This document shows, piece after piece, positions 1 to 8,295 of a DNA stretch of 32,000 nt. Numbering within the stretch: the stretch's first letter is position 1; the number at the start of each line of letters is the position of its first letter. The stretch lies in contig JAUWKS010000005.1 in the NCBI GenBank assembly GCA_030614005.1, positions 30,001 through 62,000 on the forward strand, given 5' to 3'. The DNA is from Candidatus Heimdallarchaeota archaeon (GTDB taxonomy: Archaea; Asgardarchaeota; Heimdallarchaeia; JABLTI01). The notes under the pieces are model-generated. The model was not told where the DNA came from. It worked only from the letters and a program-made list of their open reading frames with translations, and did no database searches. A program made the position numbers and the translations under genes.

Positions 1-1
1 T

Positions 2-637
2 ATTCAAGAGCTATTAGCACGAGCATACCGGCATACTTTGGAACCATTTGGTGTTGCAAAGAAATTCAAAGATGTTGAACAGATGCTTATAAAAATAGAA
101 CATCTTCTGAAAGCAAATTCAGCTTCAGAGGATATGCAAGAAATATTAAGTGATGCATTGAATGCAGCTGTTTTTCATTATATTATGAATGAAAAGGATA
201 AAGAAATCCATCAAACACTTTCGCGACTTGGCGCATTTGCAAATCAGCACCAAATTAATCCCTTCGTGCAATTTAATTATGCAATGTCTCTTTCAAAAGT
301 GGCGGAATATTTTGTTGCAAAGGAAAACAAAGATGTGGCTTATAATATTTTGTGGGAAATTATTGGTTTAGTAACGTTTTATCCCGGAAAGGAAATCTTA
401 ACACAAGTAAGTGAAGGGTTATTACAATGTGTGAAAATTGCTGGGAGTAGACTTAACATGACTGAACTAGATAACTTGGCTAACAGAGTAGATGAATTCA
501 TTAATTTTACAAACGAATTCGAAATCCAACAGAAGTTAACTGCTTGTCAAGGACTAATATTTCAATTTGTTGCAGGATTACGAATGAGAAATGGTTATAG
601 TCCTGATGGTAAACTCCAAAAAGGTTTAAAGAAATAG
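2..637 (+). CDS. Alpha-helical repeat (TPR-like) hypothetical protein, 5'-truncated by window edge
   Basis: The frame of ORF 38..637 is open back to position 2 (IQELLARAYRHT-LEPFG), so the TTG at 38 is probably internal. Amphipathic helical pattern (e.g. VQFNYAMSLSKVAEYF); no catalytic motif. Confidence 0.6.
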   Translation: MQELLARAYRHTLEPFGVAKKFKDVEQMLIKIEHLLKANSASEDMQEILSDALNAAVFHYIMNEKDKEIHQTLSRLGAFANQHQINPFVQFNYAMSLSKVAEYFVAKENKDVAYNILWEIIGLVTFYPGKEILTQVSEGLLQCVKIAGSRLNMTELDNLANRVDEFINFTNEFEIQQKLTACQGLIFQFVAGLRMRNGYSPDGKLQKGLKK

Positions 638-660
638 ATAAAAAAAACTAATCAAACAAT

Positions 661-1482
661 CTAAACACTTTTTTCAAGCATTTGATGTAATATTGATTCT
701 AAGTGAGCTATTTGAACAATGCCAACTAAATGCCTTCCACCCGCAATAATTGTTGGATAGGCTGTAACTCCATAAGCTTCTGCTAGTCGAGGATCGGTTT
801 CGGCATCTATCGTTTCAACCTCTAAAGCAAACTTCTTAGCAACTTTCTCAATGTGATTTAAAGCAACCTTTGACCAAGCATCTCCTTTTTTAACAAAAAA
901 GAGAATCTTTGTAGAGGCTTTTTCAATAATTTTTGGTGAAATATCGGGAATGGGAATAACGCCTGTTACTATTTGTTGAACTATTAAATTAAAAGCGGCA
1001 TCAACATTCGTATCTGTTTTTGCACTTGTGAAAATCAAATTAGCTTTTGCTGCTGGAGTATCGCCTAAAGTTTTAATATTATAAGATAATGGAAGATGTT
1101 TTTTTTGTGCTAAATCAAGTTTAGTTCCGACTAAAATAACTGGAACATCCTTTTGATTATTAGCTGTTTTAAGATCCTCATACCAACCAGGTAAATTGTT
1201 AAACGTTTCAGGCTTAGTTAAGTCATATGTTAAAAGAGCCCCTGAAGCTCCCTGCAAATATCTCAGACCAATTTTTCGCCTGCTCTTTTGGCCAGCTATA
1301 TCCCATATCATAAGTTTTACTTCTGCACCTGGGTATTCAAAAGTTCTAACATAAAAATTGAGGCCTAAGGTGGTCATATAATCTCTCTGAAATCTATCAT
1401 AAATATACCTTTGAACTAAGCTTGTTTTACCTACGCCTGGGTCGCCAAGTAAAACGATTTTTCTTTGGTACAATTTTGTCAA
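661..1482 (-). CDS. Rab-like small GTPase fused to a C-terminal thioredoxin-like domain lacking CxxC
   Basis: G1 GDPGVGKT, G2 YMTTLG, G3 WDIAGQ, G4 TKLD, G5 TSAK; RabF-like LGLNF, KLMIW, YLQGA, LTYDLT. Residues 191-273 resemble small archaeal thioredoxins (VETID..TDPRLAEAYGVTAYPTII) with DAWS at the CxxC position. TTG start with GAGGT 9 nt upstream. Confidence 0.9.
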   Translation of the reverse strand: MTKLYQRKIVLLGDPGVGKTSLVQRYIYDRFQRDYMTTLGLNFYVRTFEYPGAEVKLMIWDIAGQKSRRKIGLRYLQGASGALLTYDLTKPETFNNLPGWYEDLKTANNQKDVPVILVGTKLDLAQKKHLPLSYNIKTLGDTPAAKANLIFTSAKTDTNVDAAFNLIVQQIVTGVIPIPDISPKIIEKASTKILFFVKKGDAWSKVALNHIEKVAKKFALEVETIDAETDPRLAEAYGVTAYPTIIAGGRHLVGIVQIAHLESILHQMLEKSV

Positions 1483-1554
1483 TAGATCTCGACCTCTTTA
1501 TGAAAAGGAGTTTTAATTCCTTTTGTAAGTTTTGTTCTATACATTTAATAAATA

Positions 1555-2508
1555 CTAGTTTACTACTGTGGTAATTTCACACCCATTCTCAGTAATAATA
1601 ATTGTATGTTCTGCTTGAGCAACAGGTGTTTGACTTTTACTAACTAGCATAGGATATCGGGTTAAAGTATTATATGAAATTAATTCTTTTAATGCTTCAA
1701 ATAATCTTGTTTGAGACATTAGCTCTTCTAGCCAGCGCAAAGCAAAAGGCAATCCATTGTATTGTTCTACAAAATCACGGATTGTTTTTGAATCGGGTGA
1801 TTTGGCTTTTGAACCTATTTTAGAAAAAATATAACTATAGGATTCATCATAAATCTTCTCAGAACCTTGTGCTGTAGTTACAAAAGGTTCAATTGCAAGA
1901 ACTTGACCCGCTTTTAATTTCGGTCCGAGAAAACCAAACTTAGGTTTCGAATTTGGAATACTGATTCCAGTGTGAAGTTTCCAACGTTCAATGACATGAC
2001 CTGTTAAATCTGTAATTGGTATTAAATTTTCTTTGCGAATTGTGTCTTCAATTATCTCACCAATTTCCCCAGGACGAACACCGGGTTTAACGATTTCAAT
2101 TGCTTTTTCCAAAGCTTTTTCTGCTACTTTTCTGAGTTGCAGGTATTTTTTAGTACCACCTACAGAAAAAGTTCGAGCGTGATCTGAAATGTAACCATTG
2201 ACGTGTGCTCCTAAATCTATTTTCACAATAGCTCTTTCAGGTAATACTAAATCATCATTGATAGGTGATGTGTAGTGAGCTGCTATTTGATTCACTGAAA
2301 CATTGACTGGGAATGCTGGTTCTGCAGAATGGCTTTTTATTTCTCTCTCGAGAGAATTGCATATAATCTCCAATTTTCTGCCTTTGGAAACAAGCCTCTT
2401 TGCTTTTCTCATCACAAGAGCAGCAATTCGTCCAGCTTCTCTGTATTTTTCTAATTCTTCATCGTTTAATAGTGACACAGATGGATTCGCCTCTAAAACA
2501 GAAAACAC
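1555..2508 (-). CDS. map: Methionine aminopeptidase, type II (archaeal/eukaryotic)
   Basis: Metal ligands KIDLGAHVNGYISDHA, GHVIERWKLH, AIEPF, AQAEHT, plus the helical insert typical of type II. Alternative GTG start at 2478 (GAGGCG 9 nt upstream). Confidence 0.95.
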   Translation of the reverse strand: MFSVLEANPSVSLLNDEELEKYREAGRIAALVMRKAKRLVSKGRKLEIICNSLEREIKSHSAEPAFPVNVSVNQIAAHYTSPINDDLVLPERAIVKIDLGAHVNGYISDHARTFSVGGTKKYLQLRKVAEKALEKAIEIVKPGVRPGEIGEIIEDTIRKENLIPITDLTGHVIERWKLHTGISIPNSKPKFGFLGPKLKAGQVLAIEPFVTTAQGSEKIYDESYSYIFSKIGSKAKSPDSKTIRDFVEQYNGLPFALRWLEELMSQTRLFEALKELISYNTLTRYPMLVSKSQTPVAQAEHTIIITENGCEITTVVN

Positions 2509-2554
2509 AATATATGCATTACCTTATTATAGTTTTGTTTTCCTTCAATTTCTT

Positions 2555-3397
2555 CTATTTTGAAAATAAGTTCTTTATCCATTCCCAAGCAATCAAGAAC
2601 AATCTTTTGAGTTCAAATCGTTCTGGAATTTTATAAACCATCCAAAATGGTAGAGATACATCAGCAATTGCCAAATACAGAAACAAGGCGAAAAGAGTTA
2701 ATGATAGTAAAATAACAATAATGTCCCACCATTTCAATTTTAAGGAATAGAGATACGTTCTATTTTTGGTTGCATTCCAACCTCGAGATTCAATAGCTTC
2801 AGCTAACTGCCAAGAACGTCTCAAAGCAGTAGCAAAAATTGGTATGAGTAGAGGGATCATATTTCTAACTCGTTTAAACAAATTCCCTCGATCAATTTGT
2901 AATCCGCGAGATTTTTGGGCATCAATTATAATATTTGTTTCTTTTGCTAAAGTAGGAATGAACCTGTAAGCAGTACTAATAGCCCAAGCAAAAGAATATG
3001 GAAATTTGAATTTAATGAGTGTTTGTGAGATATCATCAGGGGAGACAGTTTGGAAAATTAATCCAAAGAAGCCACTAAGTATTATCAATCTTAAGCCTAA
3101 AACAATTGCAATTGTAGTTGGATAATCGATTTTTAAGAAGAGAGCATTCAAGATTACCACTAATAGAATAACTGGAATTAAGAAGAGAAGCGATTTTAAC
3201 CATCGTTTCATGAAATTTCCAAAGTAAATCAAAGGAAGTAGAGCAACTAAGATTATGCACATAGGAATGATTTGATCAAGGTAGATGGTCAAGCAAGTAA
3301 TCGCAATAATGAACAGTGTTTTTCCTCGAGGATCAATATAATGCATCGGTGACTTGTGTTCAAGATAATTGAAATATTCTAGTATTTTTAAGCTCAT
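2555..3397 (-). CDS. ecfT: ECF transporter transmembrane coupling component T
   Basis: DPRGK N-terminal motif, several TM helices, two X-R-X coupling motifs (AQKSRG, AIESRG); directly downstream of two ECF ATPases. Confidence 0.92.
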   Translation of the reverse strand: MSLKILEYFNYLEHKSPMHYIDPRGKTLFIIAITCLTIYLDQIIPMCIILVALLPLIYFGNFMKRWLKSLLFLIPVILLVVILNALFLKIDYPTTIAIVLGLRLIILSGFFGLIFQTVSPDDISQTLIKFKFPYSFAWAISTAYRFIPTLAKETNIIIDAQKSRGLQIDRGNLFKRVRNMIPLLIPIFATALRRSWQLAEAIESRGWNATKNRTYLYSLKLKWWDIIVILLSLTLFALFLYLAIADVSLPFWMVYKIPERFELKRLFLIAWEWIKNLFSK

Positions 3398-3404
3398 ATC
3401 TTTG

Positions 3405-4253
3405 TCACCTGCTCATTTTTTGTTTTTTTGAAAGCATAGAAAGTATATTCTCAAATACTTCCTGTTCATTTATTGAAGTAGTAAATGTATCATCAATTTG
3501 CTGAAGTGAATAACATAAATCTAGTAATAGAGGACTAACTAAATCTGCATTTTGAAGGAGGGTTTGATCTGACAGTACTTTGACTGTCTCACCATCAGCA
3601 GCAATTTTTCCATTTGATAATACAATGGTCCTTGGGATGAAATCTAAAATGAAATCCATATCATGAGAAACAACAACAACAGTAATTCCTTCTTCAATTA
3701 GCTTTTTCAAAAATAAACCTAAATGTTTTTTCTGGCGGTAATCTTGACCATAGGTTGGTTCATCCAGAACTAGAATTTGTTGGTTCATTGTTAAAACAGA
3801 AGCAATAGATACTAAACGTCTTTCTCCACCAGATAATTCAAAAGGACTTCTCTCTAATAAATGGTTTATTTGAAAGGTATCAACTAAATTTTGAATTGTT
3901 GCATCTCGAACAGATTCTTCTATCTTCAAATTTTTAGGACCAAATTCAAGTTCTTTTTTGACATTTTGGGCAAATAATTGATGATTAGGATTTTGGAAAG
4001 AGAAACCAATAATGGAAGCCATTTTTGAAATTGGTTCTTTTACAATATCTAAACTATCTATTCGAACTATTCCATCATTGGGTTTTAATAAACCATTAAA
4101 ATGTTTTATTAGAGTAGTTTTTCCAACACCGTTTTTTCCAACAATTGCTACAAATTCTGCTTTGTCAATTTTAAATGTGATATCATTTAGAACGTAATCA
4201 GTTTTCGGATCATACTTGAAGAAAACATTCTCAAACTCTATCATTAATTTCAC
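3405..4253 (-). CDS. ecfA2: ECF transporter ATPase A'
   Basis: Walker A GKNGVGKT, Q-loop FQNP, signature LSGGE, Walker B LDEPTYGQD, H-loop SHD. The GTG start overlaps the ecfA1 stop; ATG 4244 after AGGTGA is an alternative start. Confidence 0.92.
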   Translation of the reverse strand: MKLMIEFENVFFKYDPKTDYVLNDITFKIDKAEFVAIVGKNGVGKTTLIKHFNGLLKPNDGIVRIDSLDIVKEPISKMASIIGFSFQNPNHQLFAQNVKKELEFGPKNLKIEESVRDATIQNLVDTFQINHLLERSPFELSGGERRLVSIASVLTMNQQILVLDEPTYGQDYRQKKHLGLFLKKLIEEGITVVVVSHDMDFILDFIPRTIVLSNGKIAADGETVKVLSDQTLLQNADLVSPLLLDLCYSLQQIDDTFTTSINEQEVFENILSMLSKKQKMSR

Positions 4254-5098
4254 CTGTTATTTAAAGTAGCAACCAACTCATCAACTGTTAATGGTATCGT
4301 GCTTGTTTTATCTCCCAATAAACCAATTTTTTTATCCAGCTTCAGAAATAGAGAAGGAATCTTAGGTAGCATGTTTGTAGGAAATTCTTTACTTTGAAAT
4401 ACTGCTTGAAGATCACCAAATACTTTTAATTGTCCTTTTTCCAGAAATGCTAATTTGTCCGCAAAATTTAGGCATCTATCTAATCTATGCTCGGCTATTA
4501 TTATTGTTTTTTTATGTTTCTTATTCAATTCATTGAGGAGAGTAAGAATATGCACTGCACTCCGTGGAGAAAGATGTGCAGTAACTTCGTCAAGCACTAA
4601 AATTTTAGGATCTAAAGCTAATGCTGCTGCGATTGCTGTTAATTGCTGTTCTCCTCCCGAAATCGAATAAGGAGATCTATATCTAATTTCTTCCATATTC
4701 AAAAGAGCAACTAATTCATCAACTCGAGAAATGATTTCGTTTTTAGGTACACCAAAGTTCTCCAAGGGAAACGCGATTTCGCGTTCAACAGTCAGGTTTG
4801 AAATTTGATTTTCAGGGTTCTGAAATACAAAACCCACTTGTTTTGCTAATTGTGGAGTGTCACTTTCCAAAGTAGACTCACCGAAGATTTCGACAGTACC
4901 ACCAAACCTTCCTGCATGAAAATGAGGTATTAATCCATTCAAGCATTTCAATAAAGTTGATTTGCCGGATCCACTAAAACCTGCTAATAAAATAAATTCT
5001 CCTTCTGCAACTTCAAAAGTAACGCGTTTCAAAGCAAAAGAATCGGCATTACGATATTTGAATGAAACGTTATCTATTTTTATCGCAGTTTCTACCAC
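4250..5098 (-). CDS. ecfA1: ECF transporter ATPase A
   Basis: Walker A GFSGSGKS, CLNGLIPH, FQNPENQ, ISGGE, LDE, EHRLD; GAGGT upstream of the GTG start. Confidence 0.92.
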   Translation of the reverse strand: MVETAIKIDNVSFKYRNADSFALKRVTFEVAEGEFILLAGFSGSGKSTLLKCLNGLIPHFHAGRFGGTVEIFGESTLESDTPQLAKQVGFVFQNPENQISNLTVEREIAFPLENFGVPKNEIISRVDELVALLNMEEIRYRSPYSISGGEQQLTAIAAALALDPKILVLDEVTAHLSPRSAVHILTLLNELNKKHKKTIIIAEHRLDRCLNFADKLAFLEKGQLKVFGDLQAVFQSKEFPTNMLPKIPSLFLKLDKKIGLLGDKTSTIPLTVDELVATLNNR

Positions 5099-5141
5099 TA
5101 AACTAACCTCAAGTAATAATAAACTCTGAGAATAAGAACGA

Positions 5142-6155
5142 TTATTGTTTTAAATTGCTTTTTGCTTTAATCATTTTTTCAATAAGGGATAAGGTTGCTT
5201 TTCTTATTTCCGATTCTTCAATTTCACTCGGGATGTTCAATGCTGCTGCAGTTGAATGTCCACCACCATCACCATTGAACTTTTCACTTAACACTTTCAT
5301 AACATCTCTACCAAAATGAATATCTGTTGATATGTGGAATACGTTTCGAGCTCTAACATTTAGCCGAGTTTCATTTTTCCGTCTCGAGTAAATTAAAGCT
5401 ACATCTGCACCTAAATCCAATAATGCTCGAGCTGAAGAACCTTCATGAGAACCTATACTGCTCCAAACTATGAGAAAATCTTTGATTTTATGTAGGTGAA
5501 GTCTGGAAGCGCATTTGATTCGAGCTACTTTGGTTGATTGATCATAATCTCTTTGATTTAACCTAACAGCAAAATCATAATCTACTCCAATTTTAAACAT
5601 TTTATCAATTAACGAAAGTAAATTTTGATTTAAACTAAAGAATCTTCGACTATCAAAAATTATACCTGAAAGCAAAGTATTTAGCAATTTTTTATCTGGT
5701 TCTAGATTTAAATCGAAAATTATTTCAGAAACCATTTCTGTTGCAGATGTTCTTTCTTCTTCTACAAAAGCAATGGAAACACTATTTTCAGAGAAATCTG
5801 TTTTGGTGTGATGGTCAATAATAACTAATTTCTCTTTATCATGTGATAGCACAAGCTCCTTGAAAACACCAAGTTGATTTGGAACATTGACATCCACAAT
5901 GACTATTAAATCGTATTTTTTCTCAGAAGAAGTAAGATACGGTTTAGAATAATATTCCAACATTGAGGTAGCAGTTTTACTTACACCATCTATAAGGATA
6001 TCAATTGAAGATTCAGGATGAAAATTTCGAAGAATAAATTCTATTCCATACGCAGAGGAAACTGCATCAGGATCTACACTTCTATGACCGACGATTGCTA
6101 TTGAATTATAGCTCCCTTTCGTAAGCTTTTCAATAAGCTTATCTTTTACTGTCAA
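5142..6155 (-). CDS. DHH/DHHA1 family phosphoesterase
   Basis: GHRSVDPDA, IIDHH and GGGHSTAAA motifs; the TTG start overlaps the upstream TGA (TTGA, 6152-6155). Confidence 0.92.
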   Translation of the reverse strand: MTVKDKLIEKLTKGSYNSIAIVGHRSVDPDAVSSAYGIEFILRNFHPESSIDILIDGVSKTATSMLEYYSKPYLTSSEKKYDLIVIVDVNVPNQLGVFKELVLSHDKEKLVIIDHHTKTDFSENSVSIAFVEEERTSATEMVSEIIFDLNLEPDKKLLNTLLSGIIFDSRRFFSLNQNLLSLIDKMFKIGVDYDFAVRLNQRDYDQSTKVARIKCASRLHLHKIKDFLIVWSSIGSHEGSSARALLDLGADVALIYSRRKNETRLNVRARNVFHISTDIHFGRDVMKVLSEKFNGDGGGHSTAAALNIPSEIEESEIRKATLSLIEKMIKAKSNLKQ

Positions 6156-6481
6156 GAAGTGAATTTCTCCTTAAGCAATCTATCCAAATCTGAGAAAGTT
6201 TCAGCTAAAGTTTCTTTGATGAGATCTTCTTCTTCATCTACTTTTTCAGGTCCAACATTACGAATAATATCGACACTAATTTGCAAATTGTCTGTCGAAT
6301 TATCAATATCAATAACAATGTCATAAAAATCGACTTTAGATTCTTGAACTCTCTTACGAAGATTATTTCGTGCAAATTCATATGTCTCTTCTGAGATTTT
6401 TTCAATATCTCCTTCAGAGAGTTTCTTAAGACCTAAATTGGTTATTTTGTCAGATTGATTTTGTTCATTCAATGAGATCAA
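6152..6481 (-). CDS. DUF3194-like archaeal protein
   Basis: LGLKKLSEGDIEKISE N-terminus and acidic alpha/beta pattern; position between prefoldin beta and DHH matches known archaeal synteny. Confidence 0.65.
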   Translation of the reverse strand: MISLNEQNQSDKITNLGLKKLSEGDIEKISEETYEFARNNLRKRVQESKVDFYDIVIDIDNSTDNLQISVDIIRNVGPEKVDEEEDLIKETLAETFSDLDRLLKEKFTS

Positions 6482-6509
6482 ACCAAATAATGAATTAAAT
6501 TACTGTTAA

Positions 6510-6863
6510 TTATTGTTGACCAGTCCCTAAGGCAGCTTTGATGGTTCCTTCTAGTTCTTCAAATTGTTTTTTGAGTTTTTCACTGCTCTTTTCAGACAGT
6601 TTGATTCGTGTATCAGCAAGCTCTTTCTGGTCACTAAGTTTTTCTTTGGATTCTTTAATTGTACTTTTAACCATTAGTCGACCAATGCTTCGATAACAAA
6701 TTTCATCATCAGGCATTTCATCAATTTCTTTGAGGGCCTTCTCAACTTCAATTTGTTCCATTTTTAATGCTTGAATTTGCTGTTGGAAAGCAGCCATCTT
6801 TTGTTGGATGCTTTGATATTGTTTTATTTTCTCTTCTAGTTGTGGACTAATTCCTTTGGACAT
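6510..6863 (-). CDS. pfdB: Prefoldin beta subunit
   Basis: Coiled coil - beta hairpin (CYRSIGRLMVK) - coiled coil, 117 aa. ATG 6863 is preceded by GGAG at 9 nt and is preferred over ORF start 6893. Confidence 0.93.
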   Translation of the reverse strand: MSKGISPQLEEKIKQYQSIQQKMAAFQQQIQALKMEQIEVEKALKEIDEMPDDEICYRSIGRLMVKSTIKESKEKLSDQKELADTRIKLSEKSSEKLKKQFEELEGTIKAALGTGQQ

Positions 6864-7060
6864 GATTTTTTTCTCCAAAATTAAGCGTAACATTTCAACA
6901 ACATTGGAGCATTTAAAGAAACTTTCGATTGAACCTATAAAGCAATACTTGCATTAAAATTCGCTGTCGAAATTCTTTGGAAATAGAACACAATACAAAT
7001 TTTTTTATTGCCGGTTAAAATTGAAAGAAATAATATTGATTGAATGAGAGTACAAAAAAC

Positions 7061-8284
7061 ATGACATTGTATGTTGCCTTACTATTGCACATTTACCAAC
7101 CTCCTATACAGACTCCTGCTATACTTAAACAAATTACAAGAGAATCTTATCACCCCTTAATTAATTTACACATACAAAATGAATCAGCAAAAATAACTCT
7201 CAATATAAATGGATCATTATTAGAGTTAATGGAATTTTATCAAGATGAAAAATTCCTAACGGGCTTAAAGAAATTAGTTGAGAGAAAGCAATTTGACTTA
7301 CTGGGTTCTAGCTGTTATCACGCAATACTCCCCCTAATACCAAAAGAAGAAATTCTCAGACAAATAGAGCTTAATGAAGAAATTCACAGAAAAGTAATTG
7401 GCGAAAAACTTATTCAAATTCAAGGGTTTTGGTTGCCAGAAATGGCTTATGAATACAGAGTGATTGCACCATTAGTAGAAAAGGGCTATTCTTGGACAAT
7501 CTTATCCAGTGTTGCTTGTTCAAATGGAGAATTACCAGACAACTATATCCCTGAAGTAGAGGAAAATTTCACAACATTTTTTAGAAATGATTTATTGTCA
7601 AATCTAATTTCATTTAGTCATCCAACAGTAGATGAATTTTACTCTGAGCTGAAAGGAAAGAAAAACCCGGAAAATGAAGATTATTATGTAATTATTGCTA
7701 TGGATGGGGAAACCTTTGGTCATCATGTCAAAGGATTAATCGAAGATTTTCTAGAACCATTGTATAATAAAATTGATGCTGATCAACATGTTCAACTAGT
7801 AACCATTTCTCAATTACCAAAAATTTTCACTGAAAAGAAAAAGATTTGCCCGTTACCAAGTTCATGGTCAACTTCAGCAGAAGATTTACAACAAGGTGTT
7901 CCATTCCCACTTTGGGCGGATCCAACCAACAGAATACATCACCTTCAAAAAACAATAATGAATCATACATTATTCCTAATAGGATTAGCACAAAAGAGTT
8001 ACAATAATGTAGAAAAGCCCGACAATGAAATCAAGGGACGATATCAAAATGCAAGGAAATGGTTAGATCAAGGCTTGCATAGTTGTCAGTTATGGTGGGC
8101 ATCAGGAAAACCTTGGTACTCTTCAGAAATGATACTTAAAGGTTTAAATCAATTAATTCTTTCAGCATCGGAAGCATTGAAAGTAATCCTCTGGAATAGT
8201 CAAAATAGTCAAGATAAAGACAATGCTTTGAGAATATTCGATGAAATATTTGAAGCACAAAAAGAGATGTTTCTAATAGTATAA
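7061..8284 (+). CDS. Glycoside hydrolase family 57 (alpha-glucan active)
   Basis: HIYQP, GFWLPEMAY (nucleophile Glu), AMDGETFGHH (acid/base Asp), SSW and SCQLWW conserved regions. ATG 7061 preferred; TTG 7040 possible. Confidence 0.92.
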   Translation: MTLYVALLLHIYQPPIQTPAILKQITRESYHPLINLHIQNESAKITLNINGSLLELMEFYQDEKFLTGLKKLVERKQFDLLGSSCYHAILPLIPKEEILRQIELNEEIHRKVIGEKLIQIQGFWLPEMAYEYRVIAPLVEKGYSWTILSSVACSNGELPDNYIPEVEENFTTFFRNDLLSNLISFSHPTVDEFYSELKGKKNPENEDYYVIIAMDGETFGHHVKGLIEDFLEPLYNKIDADQHVQLVTISQLPKIFTEKKKICPLPSSWSTSAEDLQQGVPFPLWADPTNRIHHLQKTIMNHTLFLIGLAQKSYNNVEKPDNEIKGRYQNARKWLDQGLHSCQLWWASGKPWYSSEMILKGLNQLILSASEALKVILWNSQNSQDKDNALRIFDEIFEAQKEMFLIV

Positions 8285-8295
8285 ACAAAATTAGT

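Noticed and set aside
1503-1524. 7-bp stem-loop between map and the GTPase gene
   Set aside because: Mostly A-T pairs with no U-tract; chance level.
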